A stretch of DNA of 52,733 bases, taken from positions 1-52,733 of the forward strand of contig JBAWXN010000002.1 of the NCBI GenBank assembly GCA_037144045.1, in the 5' to 3' direction. Origin of the DNA: a bacterium (lineage in GTDB: Bacteria; Patescibacteriota; Minisyncoccia; Phycocordibacterales; UBA1006). The notes beneath the pieces are model-generated. The model worked only from the letters and a program-made list of their open reading frames with translations, was not told the origin of the DNA and searched no databases. The translations under genes and the position numbers were made by a program. Within the stretch, counting starts at the first letter, position 1. Each line of letters begins with the position of its first letter. Of this stretch, positions 9,313-18,362 are shown in pieces.

Positions 9313-9441
9313 TGAGGCATGGTGAAAAAACCCAGTAAAGATTAAAAAACCCATCATATGGGGCTATCTTTACTGGTCGTATCTGGAAACGGATACGGAG
9401 GGCGAAAGCTCTCACCTATGTGGTGGGCTTTTTGCGTCTCA
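9313..9441 (+). ncRNA. Candidate structured RNA (multi-hairpin, two GAAA tetraloops)
   Basis: Stems CCAGTAAAGAT/ATCTTTACTGG, CGTATCTG-GAAA-CGGATACG and GAGGGC-GAAA-GCTCTC, in an intergenic region. Confidence 0.45.
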
Positions 9442-9471
9442 ATTATCTAAACTAACCAAGTCAAATCTTTT

Positions 9472-10218
9472 ATGAGTACAATAGGATGGATAGCTTTGTT
9501 TGCTATATTGATAGCACTTAATATTTATTTACAGGACCGTAATTCGAAGCAGCCAGTGAAAACAATCACCGATGTTGAAGAAGCTATAAAAGAATACCTT
9601 GGTTTTGCAAAGGAAAACTCAAATTCTAATCAGTTACGTGAAAAAGCAACTACCCTTGAAAAACGCCTAGGCTTATGTAAGCAACTTATTACTATACAAT
9701 CGTTACATGAGCAAAATCCTATGCTGCTAGTAGCTTTAGGCATTGATCGTTATCGAACACTGGGAGAAAATACAGAATTTAAAGCACCCAATTGGAATTA
9801 CTGGAATACGGATATTCTTAAAGAAAAAGATATTATTCTTATCTATGAAAATATAATAAAAGCCGGGGATGTTTTGCTTTCAAGGATAAATAATGAAGAG
9901 ATTAAACCTAGTTACATGCTTTTGTTTAGTAAAGACTCTATAGCATTAAGTCGAATCATTAAATATAGTAGTGATGACCTATTTGGTGATACTAAGAAAG
10001 TATTTAAAAAAGGATTAAGTGGTGAATACGAGGATTTATTACGGTTTTCAATAGAACAAGATTCTTATAAAATTGAAACTTTCCATCCAGGAGAATGGAC
10101 AATTGAACTTGTTGACTGCTTTAATCTTTTTAGTAAGAACTTTAACACATGGAACAATAAGATGGAAAAAATTAACAACTGGGTAGATATACAAAAATTT
10201 TCTCCAGATAAAAAATAG
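9472..10218 (+). CDS. Hypothetical protein with N-terminal TM anchor
   Basis: 248-aa ORF; no family recognised. Confidence 0.7.
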   Translation: MSTIGWIALFAILIALNIYLQDRNSKQPVKTITDVEEAIKEYLGFAKENSNSNQLREKATTLEKRLGLCKQLITIQSLHEQNPMLLVALGIDRYRTLGENTEFKAPNWNYWNTDILKEKDIILIYENIIKAGDVLLSRINNEEIKPSYMLLFSKDSIALSRIIKYSSDDLFGDTKKVFKKGLSGEYEDLLRFSIEQDSYKIETFHPGEWTIELVDCFNLFSKNFNTWNNKMEKINNWVDIQKFSPDKK

Positions 10219-10305
10219 GCACCCTGGGTATACCCTTTTCAATAAGGGGCAGGGTCATTGTAGTAAAAAGGGTCCCATTGTTTCAATTAGGATACAGTAA
10301 AATAA

Positions 10306-10659
10306 AAACACAAAAAACAAAAGATTCCCCATTCAGGGAGAGAATATGGTAAATATGATTGTTGGAATAGTTGGATACAGAAAGTCAATTTTAAAATCCT
10401 TCCACGTTCTAACCTTCGCACTACTTGGTCACAAACCTTTCAAAGGAAGTTCTTTGAACAGGGCTATATTGAAGGAGACCCACTAGACTATAACCCTCCC
10501 CAAAAGACATCTTCGAGCGAAATTATAAATAAGGTTGTTAGGTTTGCCTCGGTTGGAATGATTGATGGAATGGTCGTGTTTATTAAAACTTATCTTCAGG
10601 GTCATTCGAAAGCGACTGGTGTTTCGTTTGACCTAGGAAGAACTTTTGATTCCCTATGA
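10306..10659 (+). pseudogene. Start-less open frame (probable frameshifted gene)
   Basis: Open frame of 117 codons (KIPHSGREYGKYDCWNSWIQKV...FDSL*) with no ATG until about 10558. Its stop overlaps the ATG of 10656. An A-rich stretch at about 10299-10322 is the candidate frameshift site. Confidence 0.35.
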
Positions 10660-11045
10660 TTAAATTAAGAGCATTAACTGAAAAGGTACGAAATTATTTC
10701 AAAGACCCTTTATTCTTGAGTAAATGGGATATGTATTCGCACTACGGAAAAGTCGAAAGGTCTAAGTTGAAAATGATAGGAATACCTACTCATTTTTATA
10801 TAAATTGGAACCCTTACTCTACGTCAATACATCTTCTCAAGGAAGACTTTCTGGCAAATATCTACCCCTTCACTCATATTGCGAAATCTTCTGATTTTAA
10901 AGTATCTCTTCGTAGTCCTGATAGAAATACTGAAAAAAATATCGCAGATGCCTTATCAGGGAGCTCTTATCCTGAGCGGCTAGAAAATGCTTTAGGTAGC
11001 TTTATAAGAAAGGTAACATTACTTCGCTTGAAATTGACCATGTAA
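10656..11045 (+). CDS. Hypothetical protein
   Basis: 129-aa ORF. Confidence 0.5.
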   Translation: MIKLRALTEKVRNYFKDPLFLSKWDMYSHYGKVERSKLKMIGIPTHFYINWNPYSTSIHLLKEDFLANIYPFTHIAKSSDFKVSLRSPDRNTEKNIADALSGSSYPERLENALGSFIRKVTLLRLKLTM

Positions 11046-11113
11046 GTAGAAAAGGACTGATTTCCTTTGGTAAAAATTACCTGCAGTTTTTACATTGGGG
11101 TATTGCTAAGAAG

Positions 11114-11617
11114 ATGAATAAAAAAGTTCAGATAATTCAGATTCCAAAAGTAAATACTTTTAAGATTGGTTGGGGCGAAACAGGAAGACCTTTAAAAGAA
11201 AAACAACTAAAACGCATAGTTAGACTTGATAAAAACGCAGTGATACCAGAATTCGTATTAAAAGCACAGGAGAATGGAAAGGAGCTTGATTTTGATAGCG
11301 CTTTATATTCCGATACCAAAAATAAAGAAATGGCACGACTCACAAAGAATCTAGGTTGGAGTATTCGGACTGGTTTATGGAACAAAATGAACGACTACTA
11401 TCGCTTAAAGAGAATGTTGAAGTTTAGAGAGGTGCAAATTATTGCTCGAGACCAAATAGTAAAGGCGTTAAATCAATTTTTCGAGAAAAATCTCAACAAT
11501 GCGATAGTTCTTGAAACAAACGCAACCCTAGAAAAAGTATCTGATATTCGGTCGGAACTTGATTCTGGTAAACTCTCTGTTCAAGAGGTTGCCTCTTTGC
11601 TGGATAAAATGGATTAG
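11114..11617 (+). CDS. Hypothetical protein
   Basis: 167-aa ORF. Confidence 0.55.
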   Translation: MNKKVQIIQIPKVNTFKIGWGETGRPLKEKQLKRIVRLDKNAVIPEFVLKAQENGKELDFDSALYSDTKNKEMARLTKNLGWSIRTGLWNKMNDYYRLKRMLKFREVQIIARDQIVKALNQFFEKNLNNAIVLETNATLEKVSDIRSELDSGKLSVQEVASLLDKMD

Positions 11618-11650
11618 TTCTCTGATATAGAAATGTTATACTGTCTTAAC

Positions 11651-12202
11651 ATGACATCAATCACGATTCCTAACCCTTCCCGAAAACGAGCACTCCTTAT
11701 TATCGATGTTCAGACTGGTTTTACAAATGATCGCAGTGCGTGGATTATCCCAAATATTGTTCGACTTATCACAGATGGTACGTATACATCTTTTGTCTGT
11801 GCAAAATTCCATGCAGACCAGGGGTCCCAATGGGATAAGCAGTCCGGATGGACATTCGAACTAACCCCGACGGTTCCTGAAATAAAAGACATTCTGGATT
11901 TTGGAAAGACAATATTTATCACCAAAACAGCACGGTCTATTTTCATCGAACAACCGGGACTTGTCCAAAATCTTCGTGATCAAGGAATCGAAGAGGTGCA
12001 TATTGTCGGCTATGATATCAATGATTGTGTCCTCACCACAGCAAATGATGCATTTGATTATGGGTTTTATACTTATGTCATCGAGGAAGCCTCGGAATCG
12101 AGTCAAAGCAAAGAGCTTTGCGACGCAGCCCTGCTTATCTTGCGAGAAAACGAAATGACCAACCATTCGGAACTGATTTCAGAGAAAAAAGTGCTAGAAT
12201 AA
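11651..12202 (+). CDS. Isochorismatase-family cysteine hydrolase
   Basis: LLIIDVQ.GF, TK...S.F and INDCVLTTA motifs. ATG 11651 lies 8 nt after TGtTATACT. Confidence 0.9.
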   Translation: MTSITIPNPSRKRALLIIDVQTGFTNDRSAWIIPNIVRLITDGTYTSFVCAKFHADQGSQWDKQSGWTFELTPTVPEIKDILDFGKTIFITKTARSIFIEQPGLVQNLRDQGIEEVHIVGYDINDCVLTTANDAFDYGFYTYVIEEASESSQSKELCDAALLILRENEMTNHSELISEKKVLE

Positions 12203-12208
12203 TCCCAT

Positions 12209-13429
12209 ATGAAAGAACATCTTATCAAGCTTTGGAACTCGAATGATATCCCTATTGGTGTTCGTGTCCTGACATTTGCTACCTCTATACGCTGGATTGG
12301 CTGGGGTGTTGCTGAAAGCCTTATCCCAGTATTTCTATTTACGTTCGGACACTCTTATGCAAATGCGGGTATTCTGAAATCTTTTTATGATATTGCATTC
12401 ATCCTGGCCATTCCTTTGATTGGAGTACTGGCCGACCGCATGCGGGGAACGACTATTATTTTGATCGGTCTAAGCTTTTACATATTTGTTGGAACTGGAT
12501 ATTATCTGGCAGGACTTACGGGGCTTGTAATATTCATCATCATTGCAAGATTCATGAACGGATTAGGGTATGCATTTGACTCGGTCGGACGCGAAACATA
12601 TTTCAGACGGCACACCCCGAAAGAAAAGCTTGCGACCGTGTTCGGATATTTCGATTCAGTAGGGATTTTCTGGTGGATTGTTGCAGCTTTGTTTGGAATT
12701 CTCTTGGTAAAGTTTTTCTCAATCCCACTACTTTTGTTCTTGATTACTCCCACGGTTTTGATCGCAATGTTCATTATTTGGAGATTCAGGAAAAAAGAAA
12801 AACAAGAGGTGTTTTCTGACGATCAAAAAAGAGCTCGTTTTCGAGATATTCTTCGTGACTTCAAGGCTTGGGACTGGAGACTTAAATTGCTTGCCTCATT
12901 CAATTTCTTCATATCGTTTTCCGTTTCGAGTGTGTACTTTTTCCTGCCGATCGAAATCTATACCCAAGGTGGGGGATATACGCCGGTCATTGTTATGGGG
13001 GTTATCATGTCGCTCCCTGCGCTCCTCGGTTGGGGACTTGGGAACTTTTTCGACCGAAAAGGAATTAGAGTTTTTGGATACGGATTACTCTGCCTCGCGA
13101 TCCTTCTAGCACTTCTTGGGTTCATTACTGGGTATATTTGGCAGATTGCTATTGCGTTCGGGATCGGCATAATAACGGAACTTCTGTGGGTTGGTAGTCA
13201 GGAACTTATGACGTTATATACAAAGCCTGACCACTTTGGTCGAGTGGACGGCATCTCTCGCAGTATCGACAATGCTGGCGATCTTATCGGTCCACTCTTG
13301 GCTGGAGTAGTCATCGATATTTGGGGGCCTGATGTCACGTATTTCGGTATGGCATTGTTAGTAATGGCAATGACAGCGGTATTTCTTGTGGGGAGTCGAC
13401 ATATGAAACGTAAGGCAATAAACATATGA
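12209..13429 (+). CDS. MFS transporter
   Basis: About 12 TM segments; GVLADRMRG motif A. Confidence 0.9.
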   Translation: MKEHLIKLWNSNDIPIGVRVLTFATSIRWIGWGVAESLIPVFLFTFGHSYANAGILKSFYDIAFILAIPLIGVLADRMRGTTIILIGLSFYIFVGTGYYLAGLTGLVIFIIIARFMNGLGYAFDSVGRETYFRRHTPKEKLATVFGYFDSVGIFWWIVAALFGILLVKFFSIPLLLFLITPTVLIAMFIIWRFRKKEKQEVFSDDQKRARFRDILRDFKAWDWRLKLLASFNFFISFSVSSVYFFLPIEIYTQGGGYTPVIVMGVIMSLPALLGWGLGNFFDRKGIRVFGYGLLCLAILLALLGFITGYIWQIAIAFGIGIITELLWVGSQELMTLYTKPDHFGRVDGISRSIDNAGDLIGPLLAGVVIDIWGPDVTYFGMALLVMAMTAVFLVGSRHMKRKAINI

Positions 13430-13908
13430 ATAATAATCCCTCATCGTTAACTGTTAAAATAATAATCTCAACAACTCCCATCGAAGAGATCATTGAGCTG
13501 TCATATCTTTCGGGTCCGTCTGACAACAAACATTATCAGAAGATCATGGCTGGGTTTATCGCAAATAGTCTTAGCGCATCTCCAGATTTAGATCTGGGTA
13601 TTGTATATGGTTTGTACGAAGGAGAAAACCTTATTGCCTCCGCTCGAATTAAACAAGATGAATATACATCAACTGCTGTTTCGATTGAATATGTTGCTGT
13701 AAAACCTGAATATCGAGGGAAAGGATTGGGCGCAACTTTTATGAAAGGTTTGTTTAAAGAAATAAAAGAAAGATGGGGCAAGAAAATTGTCATGCTTGCG
13801 ACAGGCGAATCGAGGCCTTTTTACGATAAAATAGGCATGTCATTACTTGGGGAAATGACAAACAAGGATGAGGGTTCTCGATTTTATATGTATGAGTGGC
13901 TGGACTAG
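13426..13908 (+). CDS. GNAT family acetyltransferase
   Basis: VAVKPEYRGKGLG acetyl-CoA motif; FYDKIGM. Confidence 0.9.
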   Translation: MNNNPSSLTVKIIISTTPIEEIIELSYLSGPSDNKHYQKIMAGFIANSLSASPDLDLGIVYGLYEGENLIASARIKQDEYTSTAVSIEYVAVKPEYRGKGLGATFMKGLFKEIKERWGKKIVMLATGESRPFYDKIGMSLLGEMTNKDEGSRFYMYEWLD

Positions 13909-13921
13909 TATTCAAAAATAT

Positions 13922-14419
13922 ATGAATCTATCAAATGTTTCAATTCAAAAAACTTCAAAGAGTTTCGATTTCTGGCAGTATGTCTCTATCGTCATCCACG
14001 GACGAGAATGGTCATGGTTGATGTGGATTTTTATCATGACAACAATCGGGCATGGAAAATGCAATCTCTTCGTTGTTCGTGATCAAGACACGATTATCGG
14101 GGGATTTTTTGTCGCGGATTTTCCCGTTGCAAAATACAAGCCGTATAATATTTTCAACCACGAAGCGAAATTGAAAATAGCAGAGCTACGTAGAAACGGA
14201 TATCTCGGTTTCTGTTGTTTTATCATTTCCCCAGAATACCGTAATTCAGGCCTCGGTTCATTTGTATGGGAATTATTCTTTGAGAATCATGCAGTCAAGG
14301 TATTTTTCACCGCTTCTCAAAAAGCAGTTCCATTTTACTTACGGCACGGAGCGAAAGTTTTCTATTCAAGCCGACATACCATCTATACCTATGAAACTAC
14401 AAACAAAAACACCGTTTGA
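13922..14419 (+). CDS. GNAT family acetyltransferase
   Basis: ISPEYRNSGLG and AVPFYLRHG motifs; start refined from 13868. Confidence 0.8.
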   Translation: MNLSNVSIQKTSKSFDFWQYVSIVIHGREWSWLMWIFIMTTIGHGKCNLFVVRDQDTIIGGFFVADFPVAKYKPYNIFNHEAKLKIAELRRNGYLGFCCFIISPEYRNSGLGSFVWELFFENHAVKVFFTASQKAVPFYLRHGAKVFYSSRHTIYTYETTNKNTV

Positions 14420-14439
14420 GATATACGGTGTTTTTGTTT
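14401..14439. terminator. Bidirectional intrinsic terminator
   Basis: Perfect 15-bp stem AAACAAAAACACCGT/ACGGTGTTTTTGTTT between convergent genes. Confidence 0.8.
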
Positions 14440-14452
14440 GAGGTAATCCTTC

Positions 14453-14803
14453 TTACTCAAGCGGTTTAGATCCGTCTTTATTACTGAGCCCTTCTGCTGC
14501 AGAAAAAATCTTTGCATCTTGGTTAATTTCAACCTGTGGAAGGATATCCTTTCGCGCATTCTCCCCTTCGTACATTTCAGGATGAAGCGACCGATGAATC
14601 TTCTTGTAATTTTTGCTCGCTTCGTTATACCGTTGTACTATTTTGTAGTTTGCCTCTTCGTCAAAGTCTTCAGCTCCGAAATCTACACCATTTAGGATGT
14701 TAGCTGCCTCGACATATTCTGTGTCAGCTTTTTGTAGGTCAGCTTCTGTAAATGTCTCTTGCTTATTAAAGATTTTCTTAAAAAATGATGAGTCGCCTGG
14801 CAT
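14453..14803 (-). CDS. Hypothetical protein
   Basis: 116-aa acidic ORF. Confidence 0.6.
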   Translation of the reverse strand: MPGDSSFFKKIFNKQETFTEADLQKADTEYVEAANILNGVDFGAEDFDEEANYKIVQRYNEASKNYKKIHRSLHPEMYEGENARKDILPQVEINQDAKIFSAAEGLSNKDGSKPLE

Positions 14804-14903
14804 ATAGATTGGGTTAGTTGGTTCTTAATAGTGACGCTTGGACACTGATTTTATTATACGCTTTTCATGGCAGGAGGCTAGGGTATTAAATACCAAGTAA
14901 ACA

Positions 14904-15269
14904 TTACCATAGAAAAGAGGAAATTTGATGCCTAAAAATGAAAACAAGGATTGTAAAAACAAGAGTGCCCACAAGAGATTTTATCGAATAGTTATCCTGG
15001 TGATTCTTACCACCAATGAGCAAATAGGTAAGCTCATCAACAAACAATCCGAGCCCAATAGCAAATAACCACACATTTTTAGCCAGCAACCCAAAGACAG
15101 CTAAGAGGATACCATACATGTAATGGTGTATTCGGAAGCCTCCAATAGTCGGGCTTGCGATGGGTTTAAAGTAGAGAAAGATTCTTGTGGCAAGAATAGT
15201 TATAAGGAAAATGAGAAAAGATGCATTGTCGATACTCATACCATCATGGTAACATATCCATATGAACAT
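14904..15269 (-). CDS. Small membrane protein (HHYMYG motif)
   Basis: Hydrophobic helices with RIHHYMYG and GLFVDEL motifs; true start may be slightly downstream. Confidence 0.7.
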   Translation of the reverse strand: MFIWICYHDGMSIDNASFLIFLITILATRIFLYFKPIASPTIGGFRIHHYMYGILLAVFGLLAKNVWLFAIGLGLFVDELTYLLIGGKNHQDNYSIKSLVGTLVFTILVFIFRHQISSFLW

Positions 15270-15714
15270 CCGCCCCGCAACCGAACAAGACTTTCCTCGA
15301 CTCTACGAAATTGGAAGTCAGACCCCAGAACTTCGAGTCAGTGCCACAGAATCATTCATGGATGCCGACGAATTTAAATGGGCGATCACAGAATACAAAA
15401 ATGCGGTCTTTCTGATTGCAGAATTAGATGGCTCGATTGTAGGTTTCATTTACGCTAATGCTAAAGACCTGGACAAGCCGGTCAAACATAAATACGCCTG
15501 CTTGGTATACATGACTGTCCTACCTGAATTTAGGAAACAAGGGATTGCAAAAGAATTGTATGCTACCTGTTTGAGTGAGCTGAAAAGCAAAGGGATTACC
15601 CACATGTACGGATGGGCAAATGCTGAAAGCGACGGAGCCATCATTTCCTTTTTGGAAAAGGAAGGATTCGCCAAGGGGCACAAGTATGTCTGGATGGATA
15701 GAGAAATAGTTTAA
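15262..15714 (+). CDS. GNAT family acetyltransferase
   Basis: MNIRPAT..D; VLPEFRKQGIA; FLEKEGF. Confidence 0.9.
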   Translation: MNIRPATEQDFPRLYEIGSQTPELRVSATESFMDADEFKWAITEYKNAVFLIAELDGSIVGFIYANAKDLDKPVKHKYACLVYMTVLPEFRKQGIAKELYATCLSELKSKGITHMYGWANAESDGAIISFLEKEGFAKGHKYVWMDREIV

Positions 15715-15723
15715 AATAAAACG

Positions 15724-16182
15724 ATGAAAAAGATTGCTCAAAAAATTAAGATCAGTAAGGCAGAAGCCACCGATGCTCAAGAAATACGAAAACTTGAAAC
15801 TTTGGTATGGGAGGAAGAAGTGACAAACCAGTACGACAGTCCCATGTTCGTTCGCTTCGGATATGTATTCACTGCCAAGGAAGGCAAGAAGCTGGTGGGT
15901 GCCATCGTAGCTTTCAGAACGAACAAAAATGAGGTGTTCGTATCCGATATTGTTGTGCATCCATCCTATCAAGGCAAGAAAATTGGAGAGAAACTTTATA
16001 AGAAGCTCATTCAAAGCGTGAAAGGTAAAAATATCGTTTCATTCCTAGACCCAGATCTTATCCCAACACTTAATCTTCACAAGAAACTTGGAGGTAAAGT
16101 GGTGGCGAAAGTTAGAAACGCATATGATTTAAAAGAAGGACTGGAGACAGGTGTTCGGCTCATGGTTAGGATTAAAAATTAG
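15724..16182 (+). CDS. GNAT family acetyltransferase
   Basis: IVVHPSYQGKKIG; LHKKLG. Confidence 0.88.
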   Translation: MKKIAQKIKISKAEATDAQEIRKLETLVWEEEVTNQYDSPMFVRFGYVFTAKEGKKLVGAIVAFRTNKNEVFVSDIVVHPSYQGKKIGEKLYKKLIQSVKGKNIVSFLDPDLIPTLNLHKKLGGKVVAKVRNAYDLKEGLETGVRLMVRIKN

Positions 16183-16660
16183 CAATCCCCAGGTTTTTTA
16201 GGTGTTCTTGAATGAGTGCGACATCCACAAGGTGTTTTGGTTTGTTGTATGCTTGCTTAAATTTTAAAATATCTGTCAGTGAAGCAAAGCGAACAGTATC
16301 AATTACCTCTGATCTTTCGAGCAAATCTTCAAAAGAAGGTGTAATATTTCCGCAATTTACATCCAAATAAAGTTCCACCGAACCGCGTCGCAGATATACT
16401 TGCCCTAATTTATCGCTATAAGTCCAGGGGATTTGTTCCCATCCTTGCTGTTTGCATGTTTCAAAAAGGGTTGGAGTGACGACAATATCAATATCATCTA
16501 CATTCCTGATAGCATGTGCTGCCATAGGGCTACTTCCAACAATAATGTACTGATTGCTTTGGAAATTCAGGTTTTTGATTGTCGTGAAAATATCTATTCC
16601 ATTTCCCGGAAGGATGATAACTGCATCGGTTTTTGAGATTTGGATACTAGGTGATTTCAT
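16172..16660 (-). CDS. Nucleotidyltransferase-superfamily protein
   Basis: GS...AAHAIRNVDDIDIVV NTase motif; C-terminal K....KH..D. Confidence 0.65.
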   Translation of the reverse strand: MKSPSIQISKTDAVIILPGNGIDIFTTIKNLNFQSNQYIIVGSSPMAAHAIRNVDDIDIVVTPTLFETCKQQGWEQIPWTYSDKLGQVYLRRGSVELYLDVNCGNITPSFEDLLERSEVIDTVRFASLTDILKFKQAYNKPKHLVDVALIQEHLKNLGIANF

Positions 16661-16730
16661 AAGCTTATTCTAACACTAGAGCCAGGTAAGACCATGAAGG
16701 AAGATGGTTAGATCAGCAACTGGTAATACC

Positions 16731-16759
16731 TTGACAAAACGCCCATTTGTTGCTATACT
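16731..16759 (+). promoter_or_regulatory. Sigma70 promoter of the DGR target gene
   Basis: TTGACA (16731-16736), 17 nt, TATACT (16754-16759) with an extended TG. Confidence 0.8.
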
Positions 16760-16826
16760 ACCCCTAAGCAAGTATTCTTGCCGACTGCTCCGACAGATTT
16801 CGGAAAACCTTCAAAATATCATACGC

Positions 16827-17489
16827 ATGGCAAATGTACGTGACATGGGGCTTGGACAATGGAATGAATTTTCTGTTGCACTCCACAAGGCTGGTTTCGA
16901 TACCGACCTTATCCAAAAGATTATTAACGCCAGAGACAACAAGCTGGCAAAAGCGATGTACACGGCTGTAATAGGTGAAGAACTGGACGAACGCTTCGGA
17001 CCCGCAATTGTGGAATTCGAGCTTACCGTTCCCACCGACTACAATCACGATACGCAGATAGACACTTCCGGTGCAAAAGCCAGAAAGGAGAAAACTACGT
17101 ATTACTACAACGATGACTTGACCAGCAAGAACTTTGCAAAAGCTACGAACAAATTGGTTCCCGGCAAAACCTACAAGGTGAAAATCTTCCCGATACTTTC
17201 AACGGTAACGAGCGAAGATTGCATGGCGTTATTGCGCAAGCAAAAAGCTATACTGGTAGGCGGACAGGGTGCTACATTAGTTTACGACCTTGCAAAAGAC
17301 AAGTTGCCCAAAGGTAAATGGACGGCTTCCTTTGATGAAAAGGACGCATTGTGGAAAGACGCTGACGGGGACCGTAGGGTGCCTTACGTGCACGCGTTCA
17401 CGGACGGTGGCTTCAAGTTCAACCTCGGCAACTTCGGGCTTGTCTGGCATTCTGTCAACTGTGTTCTTTGCTTCTGCGAACTAATTTAA
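16827..17489 (+). CDS. DGR target protein with C-terminal variable region (CLec-like fold expected)
   Basis: Last 120 nt match the TR with adenine-specific mismatches. ATG 16827 preferred because the ORF-track start at 16704 lies upstream of the promoter. Confidence 0.9.
   Translation: MANVRDMGLGQWNEFSVALHKAGFDTDLIQKIINARDNKLAKAMYTAVIGEELDERFGPAIVEFELTVPTDYNHDTQIDTSGAKARKEKTTYYYNDDLTSKNFAKATNKLVPGKTYKVKIFPILSTVTSEDCMALLRKQKAILVGGQGATLVYDLAKDKLPKGKWTASFDEKDALWKDADGDRRVPYVHAFTDGGFKFNLGNFGLVWHSVNCVLCFCELI
17360..17479 (+). repeat. DGR variable repeat (VR)
   Basis: 120-nt ungapped match to 17830-17949 with 11 mismatches, all opposite TR adenines. Confidence 0.97.
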
Positions 17490-17541
17490 GTACTTAGGTA
17501 CTTGGATTCTTAATGTCATTGTGTCCTTAGATACTTTGTCC

Positions 17542-17572
17542 GTGGCTTCGCGAATGCGAAGCCACTTTTTTT
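17542..17572 (+). terminator. GC-rich hairpin downstream of VR (DGR homing hairpin and/or terminator)
   Basis: GTGGCTTCGC-GAAT-GCGAAGCCAC followed by T7. A second hairpin AAGTAC-TTAG-GTACTT lies at 17488-17503. Confidence 0.7.
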
Positions 17573-17829
17573 ATACCAAAAATCACTTATACTACATCTC
17601 GGAAAGCGATCAGTGTTCGGCTACGGCTTCATGCGATCAATTTCTCGTCTGGGAATATGCGAGAGGCTCGTCGGGTACGCCTTGCGAGAGAGTGCATCCC
17701 TTCATGAAAAAAATATAAATTAGTCGGTGCAACACATCCGCGGACAATTTGTGTCCCGAGTAAAATACAGAGGGTGGCTGGTGCTGTCTTTGGTGGAATG
17801 GAAGGTGTGTTGTACATTGCTTGCGTGTG

Positions 17830-17949
17830 CGCTGACGGGAACCGTAGGGTGCCTAACGTGAACGCGAACACGGACGGTGACTTCAAGTTCAACCTCGGCA
17901 ACTTCGGGAATGACTGGAATTCTGACAACTGTGTTCTTTGCTTCTGCGA
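17830..17949 (+). repeat. DGR template repeat (TR)
   Basis: Nine AAC/AAT codons in the VR frame; has an A at every position where VR differs. Confidence 0.97.
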
Positions 17950-17961
17950 CTCATGGATTTT

Positions 17962-17987
17962 CTCCCGCTATTTCGTGGGAGTTTTTT
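17962..17987 (+). terminator. Terminator-like hairpin just 3' of TR
   Basis: CTCCCGC/GTGGGAG stem plus T6; overlaps the avd stop codon. Confidence 0.55.
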
Positions 17988-18306
17988 CTTGAAGGTTTTT
18001 CTTCCATCCGCCGAGCATGCGCCCGCATTCGTCGAGTTGTAGTATAATCTTCGCGTAAATCTCGTGGTTGATGACTTTATGCTCCCATCCGAGTTGCAAG
18101 AAGAACTTGAGCAGATCTGATTTGCCGATAGCGTGGGATACGAGCGACAGTTTCTCAAACTTGTCATAAGCAAAGGTTGCCTGAAAGAGTAGTTCGAGGA
18201 GTTCAAGAAAAATATTGTCGATCTTGCAACCAAGAGTGTGCCTATCAACCTTGGAAACGTTTGCTAAATGGTCATGCCAAACCCTGTACGATTCTTTCGC
18301 CTGCAC
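17968..18306 (-). CDS. avd: DGR accessory variability determinant (four-helix bundle); 5' end possibly frameshifted at a G12 tract
   Basis: RHTLGCKID, DLLKFFLQLGWE and ECGRMLGGW Avd motifs. The frame stays open upstream (PPPPIIPLVL) but has no start codon. Confidence 0.85.
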   Translation of the reverse strand: MQAKESYRVWHDHLANVSKVDRHTLGCKIDNIFLELLELLFQATFAYDKFEKLSLVSHAIGKSDLLKFFLQLGWEHKVINHEIYAKIILQLDECGRMLGGWKKNLQEKTPTK

Positions 18307-18325
18307 GAGAACAAGCGGTATGATC

Positions 18326-18337
18326 GGGGGGGGGGGG
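18326..18337 (+). repeat. G12 homopolymer tract between avd and RT
   Basis: Twelve consecutive G. Confidence 0.95.
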
Positions 18338-18362
18338 AGAATTTCGGGTCTTTAACTTTAAT

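Noticed and set aside
10640-10670. UGA read-through (genetic code 25) joining fragmented ORFs
   Set aside because: A TAA follows within three codons, and well-supported genes in the window (for example the MFS gene, ending at 13429) end in TGA, which is consistent with code 11.
16668-16686. Additional att site (TTCTAAC...GAGCCA) left of the DGR
   Set aside because: Spacing to the core is 4 nt rather than 15, and there is no right-arm hairpin or GTTCGAAC.
17774-17992. 72-aa ORF across TR as a protein gene
   Set aside because: The open frame is expected from TR homology to the coding VR. There is no RBS or other support, though TR-ORFs cannot be excluded.
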